Shown in pieces: positions 63,861-64,000 of a stretch of 64,000 nt of DNA (positions are counted from its first letter, which is position 1; every line of letters begins with the position of its first letter). The notes below the pieces were generated by a model. That model was not told the DNA's origin and searched no databases. It saw only the letters and a list, made by a program, of their open reading frames with translations. A program made the translations under genes and the position numbers. The stretch covers positions 16,563 through 80,562 of the forward strand of contig DAOWCY010000006.1 of NCBI GenBank assembly GCA_030639305.1, written 5' to 3'. The DNA is from Candidatus Aminicenantes bacterium. GTDB taxonomy: Bacteria > Acidobacteriota > Aminicenantia > UBA2199.

Positions 63861-64000
63861 TCTTCCTTTTTCATATATTTTTCTTTATATTCATCCACTG
63901 CCTCTGTGATTTCCGGCGGCGCGTTACGCACCCTGGAAAGATACAGGTAAGCCCTAAAACGCACCCGGTGCTCCTTATCGTTTATAAAGGGGATCAGCAG
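63861..64000 (-). CDS. Partial CDS (C-terminal 46 codons plus stop; the gene runs off the window end), possibly HEAT-like repeat protein
   Basis: Minus-strand frame reads ...LLIPFINDKEHRVRFRAYLYLSRVRNAPPEITEAVDEYKEKYMKKEE* with stop at 63861-63863. Not in the ORF track because it is truncated. Confidence 0.2.

Noticed and set aside
63652-63909. ORF 63652..63909(+), 85 aa
   Set aside because: Phe/Leu/Ile-rich with no motif. Overlaps the terminal stop region of a minus-strand partial gene (63861-64000) that has more protein-like composition.

Overview
This 64 kb window is a gene-dense bacterial chromosomal segment with no rRNA genes, CRISPR arrays, integrases or transposases. The tRNA check was by eye only and found no candidate.

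Housekeeping genes are interleaved with accessory genes. Housekeeping content includes the yceD-rpmF-plsX operon end, thiD, an EF-G paralog, mutL, coaE, rex, a lolD-like ABC ATPase, an SDR, a nitroreductase and a CorC/CNNM transporter. Signalling content is dense: a three-gene phosphorelay (PAS histidine kinase, double-REC regulator, hybrid REC-histidine kinase), two giant Ser/Thr kinases (one fused to a class III cyclase and a STAND ATPase with TPRs), and four tandem STAS-like paralogs. There is a glycan/lipid-modification gene set (GT2, a polytopic membrane protein, a SAM methyltransferase, a B12-radical SAM and an FAD oxidoreductase). Toxin-antitoxin pairs include ParE-like and BrnT/BrnA pairs.

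Three features stand out:

- A modular, hairpin-containing repetitive element family (one module is a perfect GATC-centred palindrome AAAGTTTTGATCAAAACTTT) occurs about 20 times in both orientations. It fills most intergenic spacers. It also appears to be inserted in-frame into at least three, possibly four, protein-coding genes, and supplies N- or C-terminal extensions to others, much like Rickettsia palindromic elements.
- A minus-strand defense-like island at roughly 56.0–62.5 kb holds a ParE TA pair, an overlapping pair (PHP phosphoesterase fused to a RecF/SMC-like ABC ATPase, plus an AlbA_2/Schlafen-HATPase_c_4 protein) flanked by roughly 115 bp imperfect direct repeats derived from an antitoxin gene, a TIR-like::phosphoribosyltransferase fusion, and BrnT/BrnA. 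Further candidate defense genes are an AbiL-like RloA/RloB pair with a frameshifted RloB, and a STAND NTPase-TPR protein next to a DUF4143 ATPase.
- A Rex-adjacent putative RiPP-like cassette has a small ORF followed by a B12-binding radical SAM and a SPASM radical SAM.

All calls rest on reading the supplied translations and the DNA by eye. Domain-family assignments are recollections of motifs and were not searched against databases.
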